Positions 1 to 21,900 of a DNA stretch of 64,000 bases are shown piece by piece. A program made the translations under genes and the position numbers. Origin of the DNA: Amphiscolops sp. MND2022. Taxonomy: Eukaryota. Every line of letters starts with the position of its first letter. Position 1 is the stretch's first letter. The notes under the pieces are model-generated. The model saw only the letters and a list, made by a program, of their open reading frames with translations, had not been told where the DNA came from and did no database searches. The stretch is taken from NCBI GenBank assembly GCA_964187785.1, contig OZ076409.1, forward strand, positions 87,174,001-87,238,000, read 5' to 3'.

Positions 1-613
1 AAATGTAAACATTGTTTTTTACCCATATGAACACTTAAGAATGTATTTCTGTTGAAATTGGTGATATTTACAAAGTGTGAACATACTTGAAGCCACCTAA
101 GCAACATTCAAGACCCATCGTATGGTCTGTTTACATAGCCAATAACTTTATTAATTCATACAAATGTTATACAATTACACCACAGTTTTTGACTAATATT
201 TACTGTAGAATAATAAAGCAGATTGATGCCATTACTCGATAGAGAATATAACGACTGAATAGTAATTGTCAAGCTGGGTCTCAGGACCACGAGACTAGTC
301 ATTTTTCTATACCTCTAAAATTTTTCGCTAGAGTCAGAGCGAACAAATAGCTACTCTCGTAGTTGGAGAGTTGGAGCGCGTGAAGATACAGTGCGGGAAG
401 TTTACGACGGATCTCAAAAAATCCAACCTAGTGTGAAGCGGGATCACGAGAAGCAGGTCACGAGTTGCATCGGACCCATCAGTTAGAAGATACAATCCTT
501 TGAAATACGATATCCACGATTGTTTTGTGACGATCCACAGTACTAAACTACGGATCAGGGTGAAGAAAGGCTTGTCAATCTTCAACGCAGGATAAGGGCA
601 AACAGCCGTTACA

Positions 614-3600
614 TTAGGTCCACCAACTCGGACCGCGACGAAGTAGATGACTCGTTGATGGACACAACTGAAGAAGATTGCCCAAGAAGTGAGACAGTAT
701 TGTGCCTCTGGGAGATTGGTCTATTGTTTCTCTGATAGATTGGGCTCTTGCGTCTCTGGGAGCTTTGTCTGTTGTGTCTCTGAAAGGTTGCTCTATTGCG
801 ACATTGGAAACTAAATTTAATTGAGAAAAGAAGATATTGCTGAAACTAAACGGTTTGATATCAACAAAATTGAAAATTTTTTGAAGAACTCAGCTGACGA
901 GGCCCAAGTTGTGAGTTTCTGGGATACAGCGGTCATGCACGGTAGGACTTCGAAGAACTTGATGAGAACATAGCTAGCATGGATGACAACAAACAGATAG
1001 CAGAGTTACTGTTACGACAAACAGATGCCATAAATAGGCGAGAACGGCTCATTAAGTCAGTGGAAAATGCAATACAACTCAAGTATCGAACTCAGATACC
1101 CGAATTGTTTTCATCAATGAACGAAGCGATGAGTAGCCGATTTGGTGAGTTGCAGCTTCAAAACCGTAGCAATGGAAGGTTGAAAATATGGAACGATGAA
1201 TATAATGTACAAAATGACTTGTATTTCGTAGAAAACAATCGTGTTGATGAAACAATGGTTAACAATGATATACTGCGCGATGATACATTGGCAAAGGGCA
1301 AAGATGTCGACGAAGAATATGCTGCAGCATGTTATGACCGAAAAGGTCTAGCATCAAAACGGAAATTGAAGGTCCGCTGAAATTAGGAGCCGAGAGAGCC
1401 ATTTTGCAAAGTCCTGAAGACGTCGAACAACGAATAGCAGATTTTCGTGTAAAAAATTCGAAAGCAAAAAAACGTCAAAATGGTACCTCACCACAAAAGG
1501 ATTTGGAACTTGACAACAAGCAAAAGGAACACGGTGATCACAACGCTGAAAGCCAAGAAATGAAGCTAGATCACTGCCAAAAGACGAATTGAGCATACAG
1601 TCGCAAGGTGAAAAGTCCGACCTAACAAAACCTCTATGATTTCAGAGACATCAAGTGCAAGACGAATTGTGCATTTGGAGACAAAAGCTTTGCAAGAGCA
1701 AGAAAACCTGCAAAGCCGCTAGAACGTGAAGCTAAACAAAAGAGATGACTGACTTGGAATACGAACTGCCCCGAAAAGCCAGAATTGCTGAAAAGGAAAT
1801 ACACATGGCGCAAGCTTCGAGCAGTTGTGGTTCTATCTTGCAAAATATCTCACCGGTCGGTCATCAGACGACAGTTTGACGAAAACCTCAGAAGAGATGG
1901 TTAAATCAGAAGCGACTGCAAACTTGGCTCAGTCCATTAACATGCCATCAGTACACCAGCAAACGTCCGTATCAAAACGAGTGAATACAGTACTATCATC
2001 GCACGGAGGACCTTGCACCGCGCAAGCAAGGAGCTTGAACCCCCTCAGTGAAACCAACGAACCCTGTCCACAGAAGCCGTTGTGCGAGATACAGGACAAA
2101 GATTGACTACCCTGCTTGCAGTCAAAGAGCAACAGTACAACCAGAAGTGAAATTCGCCACATCGAAAACATCAAGGACCATTTGCACAGGTCAAAACTGG
2201 TTACCACGTAAAAATGGAGGCAACCGATAGTTTGCATACACGCTGAAGCAGTATTTGCAAAGTCACGTGTTAAACTTTGCTTCAAATTCAACAGATAACT
2301 ATTTCATCAGATCTAACTTGCCAAAACTAAAGCTGTCAGAATTTTCCAGTGATCTTGCAATGGCCACAATGGTCGCAACTGTTTCAACAACATTCCGTGT
2401 AGTGAATATGGACGACGATGTAAAGATGAATAAACATCAACTGAAACCGATGGTCTCGGGTAAAGCCAAAGAGGCGATTGGTGGCTTGGGAGTTACTGCT
2501 GAAATGTATAATGTAGCCTGCAACGTGCAACTTCGTAATCTTGGTAAACCCTAAATGGTTGTGAATGCTTAATCGAAGAATTTTACTGCTACTGCTTCGC
2601 ACCGAGGATACCTCATGACGGAGCCGCATTGGTCAAGTATGCGAGAATAGTCTTGAGTTGCGTGACATTCTGACAAATACGTGGGAACCTAAACTCAGAA
2701 GCAATTGTGGGCAGCGCCACAAGAACGTTAACACCGGACATGAAAACGAAGTGGCTGACATATGTCAAGCAAATGAACCTGTATCAACCCGGACTCGCTC
2801 GGTCCAGTGAATGGCTCAATGGCATAGCACATCTGCAAAATGAATTGCATCTCTTCAATTCCGAATGCTGATTGCCGGAAATCGAGCTAAAAAAATAACA
2901 AAGGGGCTCCACGTTTGCAACATTAACAACAAAGACAGCGAAGGATATATCGAAACCCAGCGAGAGTGTGTTCTGAAAGACTGCAAAGATCCAATATGGA
3001 AATGAGAGAACTTCAAGAAGGTGAATTTCGAAGAAAAAGGACAAAAAGCGAAAGAACAGAGACTATGCTTCAGATGTTTGTCAGGCTCACATCAGAAGAC
3101 AAAATTGCTCTTGCGGACTCTGCGATGTCAATGGTTGCGGAAAAACTCACAGTTGCTCCACGGACGATACAAGAACGTGGAACAAAAGCAAAACGTTGAA
3201 AATGTCGAACTTGTCCTCTATGAGAAGCAGAAGCAGTGGAGTGCTTCCAGTCATAAGTATTGGGAGCAAAACACAGACAACTTTCGCTGTGTGCGACTAA
3301 CGAGCTAGTCTGTTGTTTGGGTAGAAAAGTCTGATGAAAGCGCTAATTCAGACGGCGCAGCCAGTTGATCAGAATGTCGAAGTGACTCATGGTACAAAAG
3401 ATATCTGTAAAACACGATATCTGGTCGAGATTGGTGATCAAGACCGAAAATTCAAGAAGATGTCATTGCCTATAGTCATCCCAACGTTGATGTCACAAAC
3501 TCGAATGTGCAACCTCAAGAAACTGAAGGAAAAATAGCCTCAACTGTCAGTTTTGAAAGACTCTGCCATCAACTTGAAAGATGTCAAAATCATATTGGGA

Positions 3601-5920
3601 CCAAGATGATTATAACTTGAGCAACGAAAAAGAATATAGAAAGAGTGAAAACGCATTGCCTTCGCCACTGCAAACGAAGTTAGGATGATGCTCAGTGGAC
3701 CCTTGCCCCAACCGAAGCCTAGTTGCTGCAGAAAAGGACGCATTGGCGGATCCAGTGAATTCTTGGTGGAGTATGCAATCGTATGCTTCCAACTTCAGCA
3801 TTCCGGGTAGTCCGAGGAAGATGAGCGAGCCCTTGAAACGCTCAAGTCTACCACGAAGTCGACGGAGATAGGTATGAGAACGGTCTTTTTTGGAAAAATG
3901 CATAGCCGCATTTGCCAAACAATTACAGTTCAGCAGTGAGTCAATTGAAGTCTCCCGAGCGCAGACTGGAAAAAGATGCGACAGTGGAACAACACCACCA
4001 AGAGACAATTGATGTGGACGTAAAATGGGATTTGTGAGCATTCTGGATGAAAAAGAACTTGGAAACATTATAACACACCTTCAGTGGTACGTTCCGCATC
4101 TCCCTGTACTGAACCCGAAACAAAACGACAAAATGAGTTGCCTTAAAGTTTGCAATAGGAATTATCTTCAGTTTCAACGAGAAGCGAATTGCCTTGACAG
4201 CAGAAACTGAAGCTATGTTTCTCCAAATGAAATTACCCCTTGCAGGTTGCAAAGTACTCAGACTTTTGCGGAGAGAAGGCAACATTGAACCTTTATCTGT
4301 GAATGAATATGGAATACACACTTTGGCTGCTAATAGTACACCAACACGTGTCAACTAGGCTTTGCAACAGGTCAAACGAGACTGCAAAGATGAAAATGGG
4401 AAGGTCGCGAAATAGATCAACGGAAATTTTTATATGGACAATTCCTTCAAATCAGTAGCTTCAGAGCAAGAAGCTTTAAAAAGTACAAAAGCTTGCTGAA
4501 GTGCTTGGCATTTCGTTGATTTCTGCTAACGAAATGGATTAGCAACTATGAGAACGTGAAGGAAGCAAAATACGTCAGACAATCGAAGCTAAACCATTTG
4601 CACCCTCTAGCTTGTGACTGCAATGGAATGTAAAGTCTAACAGACTTGAGATCTGCCGCGGTATGGAAGGAGAGATGCCTGTCAAGGTGGCTCAGCGAAA
4701 TGTTTTATACGAAGTATTCTTTGTGTCTGTGCCGTTGGATTTTTTTTGGATACTTTTGCAGTGAGGATGAGATTGTTGCTCAAAATAATTTCGAAGAAGC
4801 ATGGGTAATCGAGGGACGAAAAGTTATCCCAAGACGACGGAATAGCTTTCAAAGAGTGGGCATGGCTATCAAAAGAAATTATTTATCGAAACATGCTGAA
4901 GTAGTGAAATTGCACATTTTCGCCGATGCATCCGTGGACACTATGTGCAAAGTAGCTCACTTTCGAGATCAGCGGAACGCAGCGCTTGGCTAAATAGTAG
5001 GAAAATGTCGAGTAGCGCCAATGAATCAAAAGTCAAGTCTCTGATTAAAGCTACAAGCTAAGTATGGGACTCGATTGAAACAACTGGTTGTAGACTAACA
5101 CTATATTGAAATTGAACGAACTTTCGTTTGGACGAATTTGACAACTATTTTGCAGAGGCTGCATGGCGCTGAGAACAAGCAACCGGTCTTTGTGGCGAAC
5201 GGTATTGCTGAAACCCTTGATAGTTCAACCATTGATCAGTTGAGACATGTCGAAGGCACCTTAAACCCGGCCGACATTGGAACAAAAAGAAAATCTGTTC
5301 ATGAACTGGAAAAGAGCGAATGGTTCACAGAGCCGGCATGGTTTCTAGAAAAAAAAGATGCGTGGCTGCCAATTTGGCCACAGTTGTTTCAACAGAAAAC
5401 GCAGAACCTGGTAGAGGTACGGTTCTTGGATCTTCGCCTACTGCCTTCGATTCCAATCTAAAGTCGAAGTAACAGTGGTTCTGACATACGGACTGCAGGA
5501 AGTGGTCCGGATGCTTCTGCGGAAATCCCAGACAGAAAGCTTTGGTCCAATTGATCGAGCTTTGGCTGCAGTAAACCTATGCCAGCATATGTTCACTTGA
5601 ACAAACTATCGCCATTTACAGACGATCAGAACCTCATGCGATTGAGAGGACGCCTTCGTTTTGCTGAAAAGAGTTATGACATCAAACATCCAATTTTGAT
5701 ATCTGCGAAGCATCCAATAGTGAGGAAAGTCATTGACGATGCGCACGAAAATAACTATCACGAAGCCGCAGAGTATGTTCGCAGTATTTTGCAGCAAAAT
5801 TATTGGACAATTGGACTCCGAAACGCTCTCCGAAATGTGAAGTTGAAGTGTGTCAAGTGCAGAAAACAACACGTTGGGGGAGTTCAACCTTTCATGGCAG
5901 ACCTGCCTAAAGAACGATCG
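614..5920 (+). mobile_element. Degenerate BEL/Pao LTR retrotransposon internal region (gag-pol pseudogene), 3'-truncated; 5' LTR probably ends at 613
   Basis: Fragmented ORFs with gag motif LPKLKLSEFS, a CFRCL knuckle remnant, RT start WYVPHLPVLNP, RNase H LHIFADAS and NPADIGT, and integrase zinc finger H..H..CVKC..QPFMADLP. PBS-like (T)AGGTCCACC follows ...GTTACA at 613. Many stops and frameshifts. Confidence 0.85.
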
Positions 5921-8293
5921 TGCCCAGTCTGGAATCCGACGCATGTCTTGTTGCCATCACGAGATTTGTCGCTAGAAGAGGGAAACCCAATATCATTTTA
6001 AGTGATAATTGAACGAATTTTGTGGGCGCGGCAAGAGAACAGCCGGTGCGAACAAACATTGTTGAACGTGGACCTTTCGCATAAATTCTGCTTTCGTGCA
6101 AAAAAGATTGAAAAACTTGTCACTATGGAAGTTCGGCATATTTTTATCAAAATGCGCCGAATAAAAAGGTTAGTAGGACCCAGAGGTTAGCAAAAACGCG
6201 TTGAGTCAACAAAGAATCACAAAAATATAGTTGAAATTTTAAGTTTTGAAATATGGGTCTTTTTTTCGTCTCAGAACGCCAAGAATCATACAAAGTTTTC
6301 TTTTCTACACAACCAAATTAAAAATTGTTAACGCAATGAAAAGAAACGAAAAACTGAAAGAGGAAAAATTGAAATGTTTTTTTTTCCGAAATTTTCCATA
6401 GGTTTTCCCGTGATCAAAGAGTAGCGCAATCCGAATCCAAACGCAAACTATGAGATGTCAAAATTCTCATAGAAAATTATTGAATTATGAACTTAGCTTC
6501 ATTTGAAAGCAAAGACCTATAAATTATCAGTCAAAAACTATCTTATTTCTAAATTTGGAAATAACGATTTGCAGCCTATTGATACCAGACTCGGAACCAC
6601 CCATTATCAATCAGCACTTTTTGTAACAAAGAGGCCTGACTTTAAGTGACATGTTTTTGTCAGGTAGTTGATCTCACACTGTATGGTCCTTTTTGAACGA
6701 ACTTGATTTATTTCATTTGAGAGCCACTTGGCCTGATTATTTGGAGGCGTGCTTCATGAGTAGCAGGTTGTGGGTTCGAATTCTGCAGGGTGTTTTTTTC
6801 GAGTTTTTAAAGCACTTCGCGTTCTTTTTGTCGAAGAAAAATTTTATCACAGTTTCGAATAGTTTGATAAATTCAATAGAAAAGCACTCTTAGGCTCAGA
6901 AAGCGCTCCCTCGGTTTTTTTGGCTGCTCAAATATGAGAATTTTATGAGAAAGCAACCCTGAAAAGTGGAGACCTCGCGCGTTTCCTAGCCCTAAATAAC
7001 GCGGTCTTTTTTTTTAGTTCTTGTCCTAATTACTTCGCGTCCATGATTGAATCAAAACTTTCACTTCGATTTTTGCCAGCGAGTTTTTCCATGATTGAGA
7101 GAATATTTTGAGCAGAAAAAAATATCACCGAATAAGGATGAGAGTGAGTTACAACCACCCATCTTAAAATTGTTCTTGATCAATGTTTAGGATACGTGAT
7201 CGACAATGCGACCCAGTTGAGTTATGAAAAAGGTAAGTCGATCTGAAAACGTTCCACACAACTTACAGCTTGCAAAGTTGGCGCTGGGAGTTTGCTGTTA
7301 AAATTGCGCACTGGTCTACAAGTTTTTGAAGTTTGCAAAACTAGACAAGTTCAGAGGGTACACTTTTTGTTCAGCAGTGGGCAATTTTCAGAAATTAAAT
7401 CTCATCACCAAATGGCTTCGTCTTTTCTTCCTGTTTTTTGAGCGTAAAATGTTTCATAGGCAGCAATAGGCTGTATTTTGAATTGAAATTTAGTTTCAGA
7501 AAAACTTTTCCCCTCAAGTTTAGGTTTTTAATGTTTTGAGTAAAGTGAAAGCGTTTATTGAGTATCAAGTGGACCTTCAGTTATTTTTTGGTACTGCAAG
7601 CCTGACAAGAATTGTTCCAAAATATTGGGATTTGAGCAATGGAAAACTTTGCATCTTGAACGGCGTGCCGATTATTGGCTTGTTTTCTCTAAGACATTTC
7701 CTTACAGTATACGGAAACGTCTGATTTCGGCCCTATAAAGCTCGAAAAGCGCCTCGGAGGAAAAAAGTAGTCACTGTAACAGTCGGGTACACTTTTACAA
7801 AGTGTGACAACTCAAAATTTTTTTCGCATCATCCAATTCCGTTTTTTTTGTGGACACTTCATCAAAAATGGACAAGACTATAACGATGGATAACTTTTTC
7901 TCGGTACAGTACAAAGTCCCAATTTAGTTTTTTTCTGAAGTTACAGAGGAAAAGTTACAGAGCGCTGGCCTGGAATTCCAAAAAAGTCCAAATACCTCAT
8001 CATTTCAATTCGAGATTTGCCGAATTAACACGTGACAATTTGTTTCGGTTACATTTTATTCAGTCATTGTACTTCAGTTATTAAGCATACTGATTTTAAG
8101 CTTTTCCACATAGCGGATTCCAGATAAGAATTTGGTGGTTCATATCCACGTGCATTTGGGAAGAGTTCAAACGGTACCCCATTTGATTTTTTCTCGATGT
8201 TAGAAAAAAATAGTTTGCAAATTGGGTTTTCGTTTTTCTAGTCTCAAGCGGAACGCTGACTTTGGGTCATTTCTTGCTCGATGTTTTCTCATA

Positions 8294-8715
8294 GGTTACA
8301 TGTTATTTCGCCCTATGCAATTTCAACCGTTGCCATTCCAACCGTTGACAATTTCAACTTATTTCATTTTCAACCTTCCGCAATTTCGACCTAAACTACT
8401 TTTCACTGATGGATCATAATTAGTTATAAAATTATTTTAGGTGGTTTTCATTTTTATTCAATTCTAAATTCAAATGTGCTAATTTTTACTCCAGTTCTAA
8501 TACAATTTGGCTTCTTCGTGAATAATTACCAATAATTAAAGCACATTGATTTATTACTAACTACTGTACTGACATCATAACTTGACCGAATTAGGAGTAA
8601 TTAGCCAAAATTAGTATAGGTCGAAATTGCGGAAGGTTGAAAATGCAATAGGTTGAAATGGCAACGGTTGTAATTCTATAAGTTGAAATTGCATAGGATG
8701 AAATGTCCTGACACC
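8294..8715. mobile_element. Foldback/Mutator-type MITE with repetitive inverted arms
   Basis: Left arm of ATTTCAACC repeats, right arm of GGTTGAAAT repeats, GG...CC ends. Flanked by TTTCTCATA (8285-8293) and TTTCTCAAA (8716-8724), a 9-bp TSD with one mismatch. Confidence 0.7.
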
Positions 8716-9225
8716 TTTCTCAAAACCTAAAAAAGTTGAACGCATTTCACAAACCTTGTAGCTTTGGCTCTATTCCTAGGGAGAATTCTTTTTCCTCACA
8801 GATATTTTCCCAATAACTCATGCACGTAAAGTTTGGTCAACTTTGAAAGTCCAAGCCGAGAAGCAGCGTGCCATAGTTCTTTACAAAGAACATCAATTGA
8901 TTTATAAGTCGGTGTGGATCTGTTAATGCTAGTTTTCAGCAAGTTATAGAATTTGATGATTCTGAAGAAAGTCGAAATGAGATAACAATTAGCAACTTGA
9001 TCGTGCATATTATAAGAATCGTGTTATGAATGCCTTTTGCCTCACTGTCACAGAATATGAAAGGTCACACTAAACCAGGATGCTAAAGTAAATTAGAATT
9101 GAGTTCGTCACCAAAATTTCACACTATAACCTTCATCAGAAAATATTTCGGAAAAAAGTTCATCATTTGAGAAAACAAAAGTAAAATTACTCGAAACGTT
9201 TCTAATCAGTTAAAGAAAAATTCAT

Positions 9226-16901
<7,676 letters not shown>

Positions 16902-18427
16902 CTCAAGGATCTGAAAAATGCAAGTATTTACAATCAGTTCGGATTTTTCCACTATCAGATATCATGGATCTTCGTGATCAATCGTCTTTTTTCCACTATC
17001 AGATATCATGGATCTTAGTCATCAATCAACTGCCATGTGCATCATCATGTTGGGGGTGGGGGGAACACACACCCGTGGTCTGCAAAGGCTACGTGGATAC
17101 GTGGAATCAGGTCTAATGAAATAGATCTAAGAGAGGGGGCAAAACTGAGATCTAAATAAATTGATCTAAATAATCAGGTCTAAAAATCTCATTGCTAAAA
17201 TCCCATTAGCAAGATGGGAACATAAGCGGCCCCAAGGGGCCGCGGGGCACTAGATGAATTGGGGGAATATCAGAGGTACGTTTTATACTTACGGCGGTTC
17301 GTTCAAAATCCAAACACAGTGATTCGAACTTGTTCCGGTTTTTGGAAAATTCGAACTTAGTCCATTCGAATTTAGAATTCGAACTTATGCTGTAACGACC
17401 GGCTAGCGACGCACATCTAGGAAGAGGGACAATGCCTAGGATGCTTGAACAGGAGACCGTTGTCTTACTACATACCTAGACACTAGTTTTTGGTCCCAAA
17501 ATGGTCTCCTAGGGGGACTTTTCTGACGTCTAAGAAGGCTTCTCAAATTATAGCTCCGAAGCGACGCGCCGGCACTCTCAAAGTCCGGACACGCCCCACA
17601 AGCCTGTAAAAACGTTCCCTAAGGTTTCTAGTGCGTTCCTACGAGTTCCTACATGCTTCCGAGGTCAAAAACGGTGATCAGCTGGTAAACATAGTATTTG
17701 GCAAATAAGATATAAAAAGACCTAGAAGGTCAAACATCTTCCAAGTACCAAAGGGGAAATATGGAAATATTAAGGGAAAACGGGGATAAGCCCCAGTTAC
17801 TTTACAGTTTTCAGTCCATCATCCATAATTTGCCTCTGGCAAGGCTCTGCAGATGTTGTTGATTTCCCAAGGAGATGGCACAACATTCCGATAATCTTTC
17901 TGCTGATGTTTCTTCATCTTCTGGCAATTCTTCATCTTTTTCTGCAACTTTTTCACACGTGCTCTGTTTTTTGCTCGCTCTCCGCGTGTTTTCTTTTTTC
18001 TTTCATGCTTTTTGTCTGCTAGGTCGGCCATCTTTTTTCTTCTGTTTTGACATCGCACATTTCGAATTTTTCATCGAAATTTTGGTCATGCCGGTGGCAG
18101 ACGTTACATGCGTTCGAACTTATTACCGTGCCCTGTTTGATTGAGATGAATGAATTGTGAACGCTTTTACTGATTCACCTGACAAATAATGCAAACTGTC
18201 TGCGTACCCTTAACTGTCCAATGCTCTAGCATTCCAGAGAATAGAAAAGATTCTACAAGAGAAAGAGAATTTCCAACAATTGGGTATTGGGTAACTTTCT
18301 GGCAGTAAGACTATTTTGCATCAAGCGCTTGTTTCTCAATTTTCAATGCTCTGGCATTCCAGAAACTAATGGAAGATTTTATTAAAGAAAGAATAAATTT
18401 CTCAAGAATTGCCGATAAGGAAGAAAT

Positions 18428-18929
18428 GGCTACGTGGAATCAGGTCTAATGAAATAGATCTAAGAGAGGGGGCAAAACTGAGATCTCAATAAATTGATCG
18501 AAATAATCAGGTCTAAAAACCTCTTCTAATTTGATCTAATTTGAGAAAAAAAGTCAATTAGGATCTAAAACTAAAATGTGATATGAAGTATAAAACGTGC
18601 CTCGGATATGTCCCCTTTTCCTCTAGTGCCCCGCGGCCCCTTGGGGCCGCTTATACTCCCATCTTGCTAAGCGAGGTCGAACAGGAGCAAAGACCTAGCT
18701 GGAACGGAGATCGCGAAGCGATCGTAGTGGGAGCTGGTCTTTGCGACGGTGAGGGCGAGCGTGCAAACATAGCATATGCCCCACATTATATTTTCGCTTT
18801 CGGAAAACATATAAGATCATAAAGGGGTTAGACCTAAATATTTTAGATAGAATTAGATCTGAAAGTTAGACCTAACAGTTAGATCTAGTTCCATTAGACC
18901 CAAGCAATTATATCAAAGGCGTACACTCC
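18428..18929. mobile_element. Foldback MITE (GATCTAA-repeat arms) inserted in the BEL 3' LTR
   Basis: Absent from the 5' LTR at the equivalent position (about 26217). Arms GGTCTAATGAAATAGATCTAA / TTAGATCTAGTTCCATTAGACC; flanks GAAGAAAT / GAAGAATT. A partial second copy lies at about 17088-17290. Confidence 0.7.
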
Positions 18930-21900
18930 GAAGAATTAGTGTTATCTTTCGTGGTAAGGTTACTTTTCCAACAAAACAAGATACTGTTGACGTGGCAAAT
19001 TTTGGCATATCAGTGACGACTGCAATTTTATTGGCTAATCGTAAAGAGGTTTCCTTAAATTCGCAATAGAAGCAATCATCAGTACCATATCAGATAGCAA
19101 ACAACACATAAAAGACAAGGAATTGCGATAATATATCAGAAAACAGCAATAAACTGGATATTAAGACACTTTTGACGAAATATTATCTATTTTGTAACAT
19201 TTGAACATCATTTCCAAAAATTCGAATAAAAGCTGAAATTCAAAATTTCGTTTCCAAGCATAATGGTCGTAACATACACCGCCCGCCTTGATTCATTCGA
19301 ATCAAAATGAGTTTGTGATTAACATAACATGTCAAGAGATGAGAGTTATTTTCAGTCAGAAGGTAAAGGCAGTTTTTGAGTTTGTGTACAGCTCTGTTGT
19401 AGATTCCAGGCTGCGTTCAAACTTTGACAACTCGCACAAAATTGTCAGGACCACTATATACGTATGAGATGCGTCCCAACGGCCACTGTAAAGGCGCCAC
19501 ATTGTCGTCTGTGATGAAGACAACATCACCAACTTTCAAATTGGTAACTTTCTTGCACCACTTTTTCCTTTTTTGTAGAGACGTCACGTATTCTTTGTGC
19601 CAACGCTTCCAGAAAGTAAGAGCACGTCTTGAATATGCGCCCATCTAGCTGTTGAAGTACAATTGGCAATATCATTTTTCTTTGGGGTTTCTATTGTCGG
19701 GAAAGTTTCGAGTTTCGTTCCGCATATCAAATGCGCAGGCGTTAAAATTTCACTGTCTTTTGGATCTTCGGATAGAACACCGATCGGACGCGAATTCAAA
19801 ATACTCTCCACCTGACAAAATAATGTTGTCAGTTCTTCAAAGGTTAGGACGTGTTTTCCCATTGTGCGCCTTAAAACATGTTTCGCGCCTTTTATACCAG
19901 CCTCCCACAAGCCACCAAAATGAGGGGCATTAGGAGGTATAAAATTCCACTCAAATAAAAGGCCAGCCGCTGCTGCCTGCAGACAATCTTGGTATTTTGC
20001 GTTCAAGATTTTCTGCAACTTGTCAAGTTCGGATTGTGAACCAGTAAAGTTTGTGGCATTATCTGAGTACAATTTCCTGGGAAAAGCCCTTCGTGACGTG
20101 AAACACCGTAGTGCCGCAATACAAGCGTTTGTTGTTAGGTCTGACACAAGCTCCAAATGTACGGCCTTACTTGCAAAGCAGACAATTAACGCTAGATAGG
20201 CCTTGTTGTTTTCCGATCCGTACACTTTTAAGTAAAAAGGACCCGCAAAATCTAATCCTACGTCTTCAAAAGCTCTAGTCGGTACACTTATTCGTTCTTT
20301 TGGTAAGTCACCCATTAGCGGTTCCTCCTTGTTACCAATAAAACTCGAACATGTCACGCAATTTAGAATCAATTTTCGTACTTGATTTCTGCAACCTGGT
20401 ATCCAGAAACGAGTTCTTATTTGCGCAATAGTTTGTGTGGCTCATCCGTGTAAAGTGGAGTGATGCGCGTCTAAGATGACCAGTCTTGCTACTTCGCTTT
20501 TCTCAGGAGTCAGTCTTGGATACTTAGTTTCGTCTGGAAGGTCAGCTTGAGCTAGCCGGCCACCCATACACAATATGCCTTTATGCAGGAACGGATAAAG
20601 TTTACTCAGTTTGCTCTGTGGCTTTATTTGTGTCTTTGTCTCAAGTGTTTTAATTTCAGTAGAGAAACATTTGTACTGCTCCTGGCGTAGTAAAGTTTCT
20701 AAAGCGTCTTGCATCTCTGTTGGCGTTGGAAAGTTGCTACAGTTTGTTTTCCTGCGTTTACACTTATCAATGAATCGCCTGATTTGGACTACTATCCGAA
20801 GCGTTTTTCGGAAAGAGTTTTGCTCACGTAAGTTGATTGCATCACCGCTATGATCATTTGGTTCTTGAAATTGCGTTGCAAGCGTTCGAATTGTCCTAGC
20901 GCAGTGTTTCTTTTCTTCACTTGTGCCTTGCGGCTGCAACTGTTCGGGAAAGTTTCCTGTAGTCAGCCACTGAGGGACTGACCACCACAAGGTACATTTT
21001 TCAACTTCGATTGATCAATACCTCTTGACGCAATGTCAGCTGGGTTGTCATGCGTACCTACGTGACTCCATTCCAGGAAGGCAATTTCTTGAATTTTTGC
21101 AACTCGGTTGGCTACAAACGTTGACCAGCAGTTGGCTTCAACCGCCAGCCAGCTTAACACTAATGTTGAGTCCATCGAGGCGTGAAACCGCTCAATGCGT
21201 AAACTCAATTTGCTCAGACTTTCTGAGACTGCTTTCAATAACTTACAACCTAGCAGTGCTGCACACAGTTCTAAACGAGGAATTGGCTGTGTTTTTAAAG
21301 GGGCAACTTTTGCTTTGGCAGATAACAGAGTTGCTCTTTGCCCGCCTTTTTCATCTGCGGCTACTACATAAATGTAAGCGCCATAACCAGTCTCTGACGC
21401 GTCACAGAAGACATGCATTGCAACCAAATCTGTTTACTTCTCCTTGAGAACGAAACTGCTAAATTTATTTCTCTCAGATCTATCAGTTTTGATCTCCATT
21501 CCAAGTAGTTTCTTGCTAAGTTATCGGGAAGGTTGTCATCCCAATCCAACTTGGCAACCCAAATTTTTTGCATCAAGCTTTTCAACTTGATGCTTATTGG
21601 CGGCAGCCAGCCCAGTGGGTCAAAAATTTTCGCTATGTCACTCAAAACCTGCCGTTTTGTAAGTGCCTTTGCTGGAATTGTTTCGTCAATTTGTTTTACT
21701 TTGAAATGAAATACGTCAAATTTCGGAATCCCAAATGTTTTGATGGTGTGTGTGTCTTGGAGGATTTCGAGGTCTTCGTTCGCCTCTCGATATTCTGGAG
21801 GTAAAGACAACCTGACTTGCGGTTCGCTACGCGTCCACTTCCTCAAATCGAATTGTCCCATTTTCAAAGTGTTAATCAGGCTTGTCTGGAGTTGTTTAGC

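Noticed and set aside
6170..8280. Additional HINE-like copies
   Set aside because: Only weak terminal remnants (about 7760-7810 and 8250-8280); boundaries cannot be supported.
17225..17254. Canonical Helitron 3' end (GC hairpin then CTAG)
   Set aside because: Homology between copies continues about 40 bp past CTAG and the next base is A rather than T, so this is not a terminus.
17819..18144. Lys-rich or Phe-rich ORFs as genes
   Set aside because: Low complexity, no recognisable domain, and inside a repeat patchwork.
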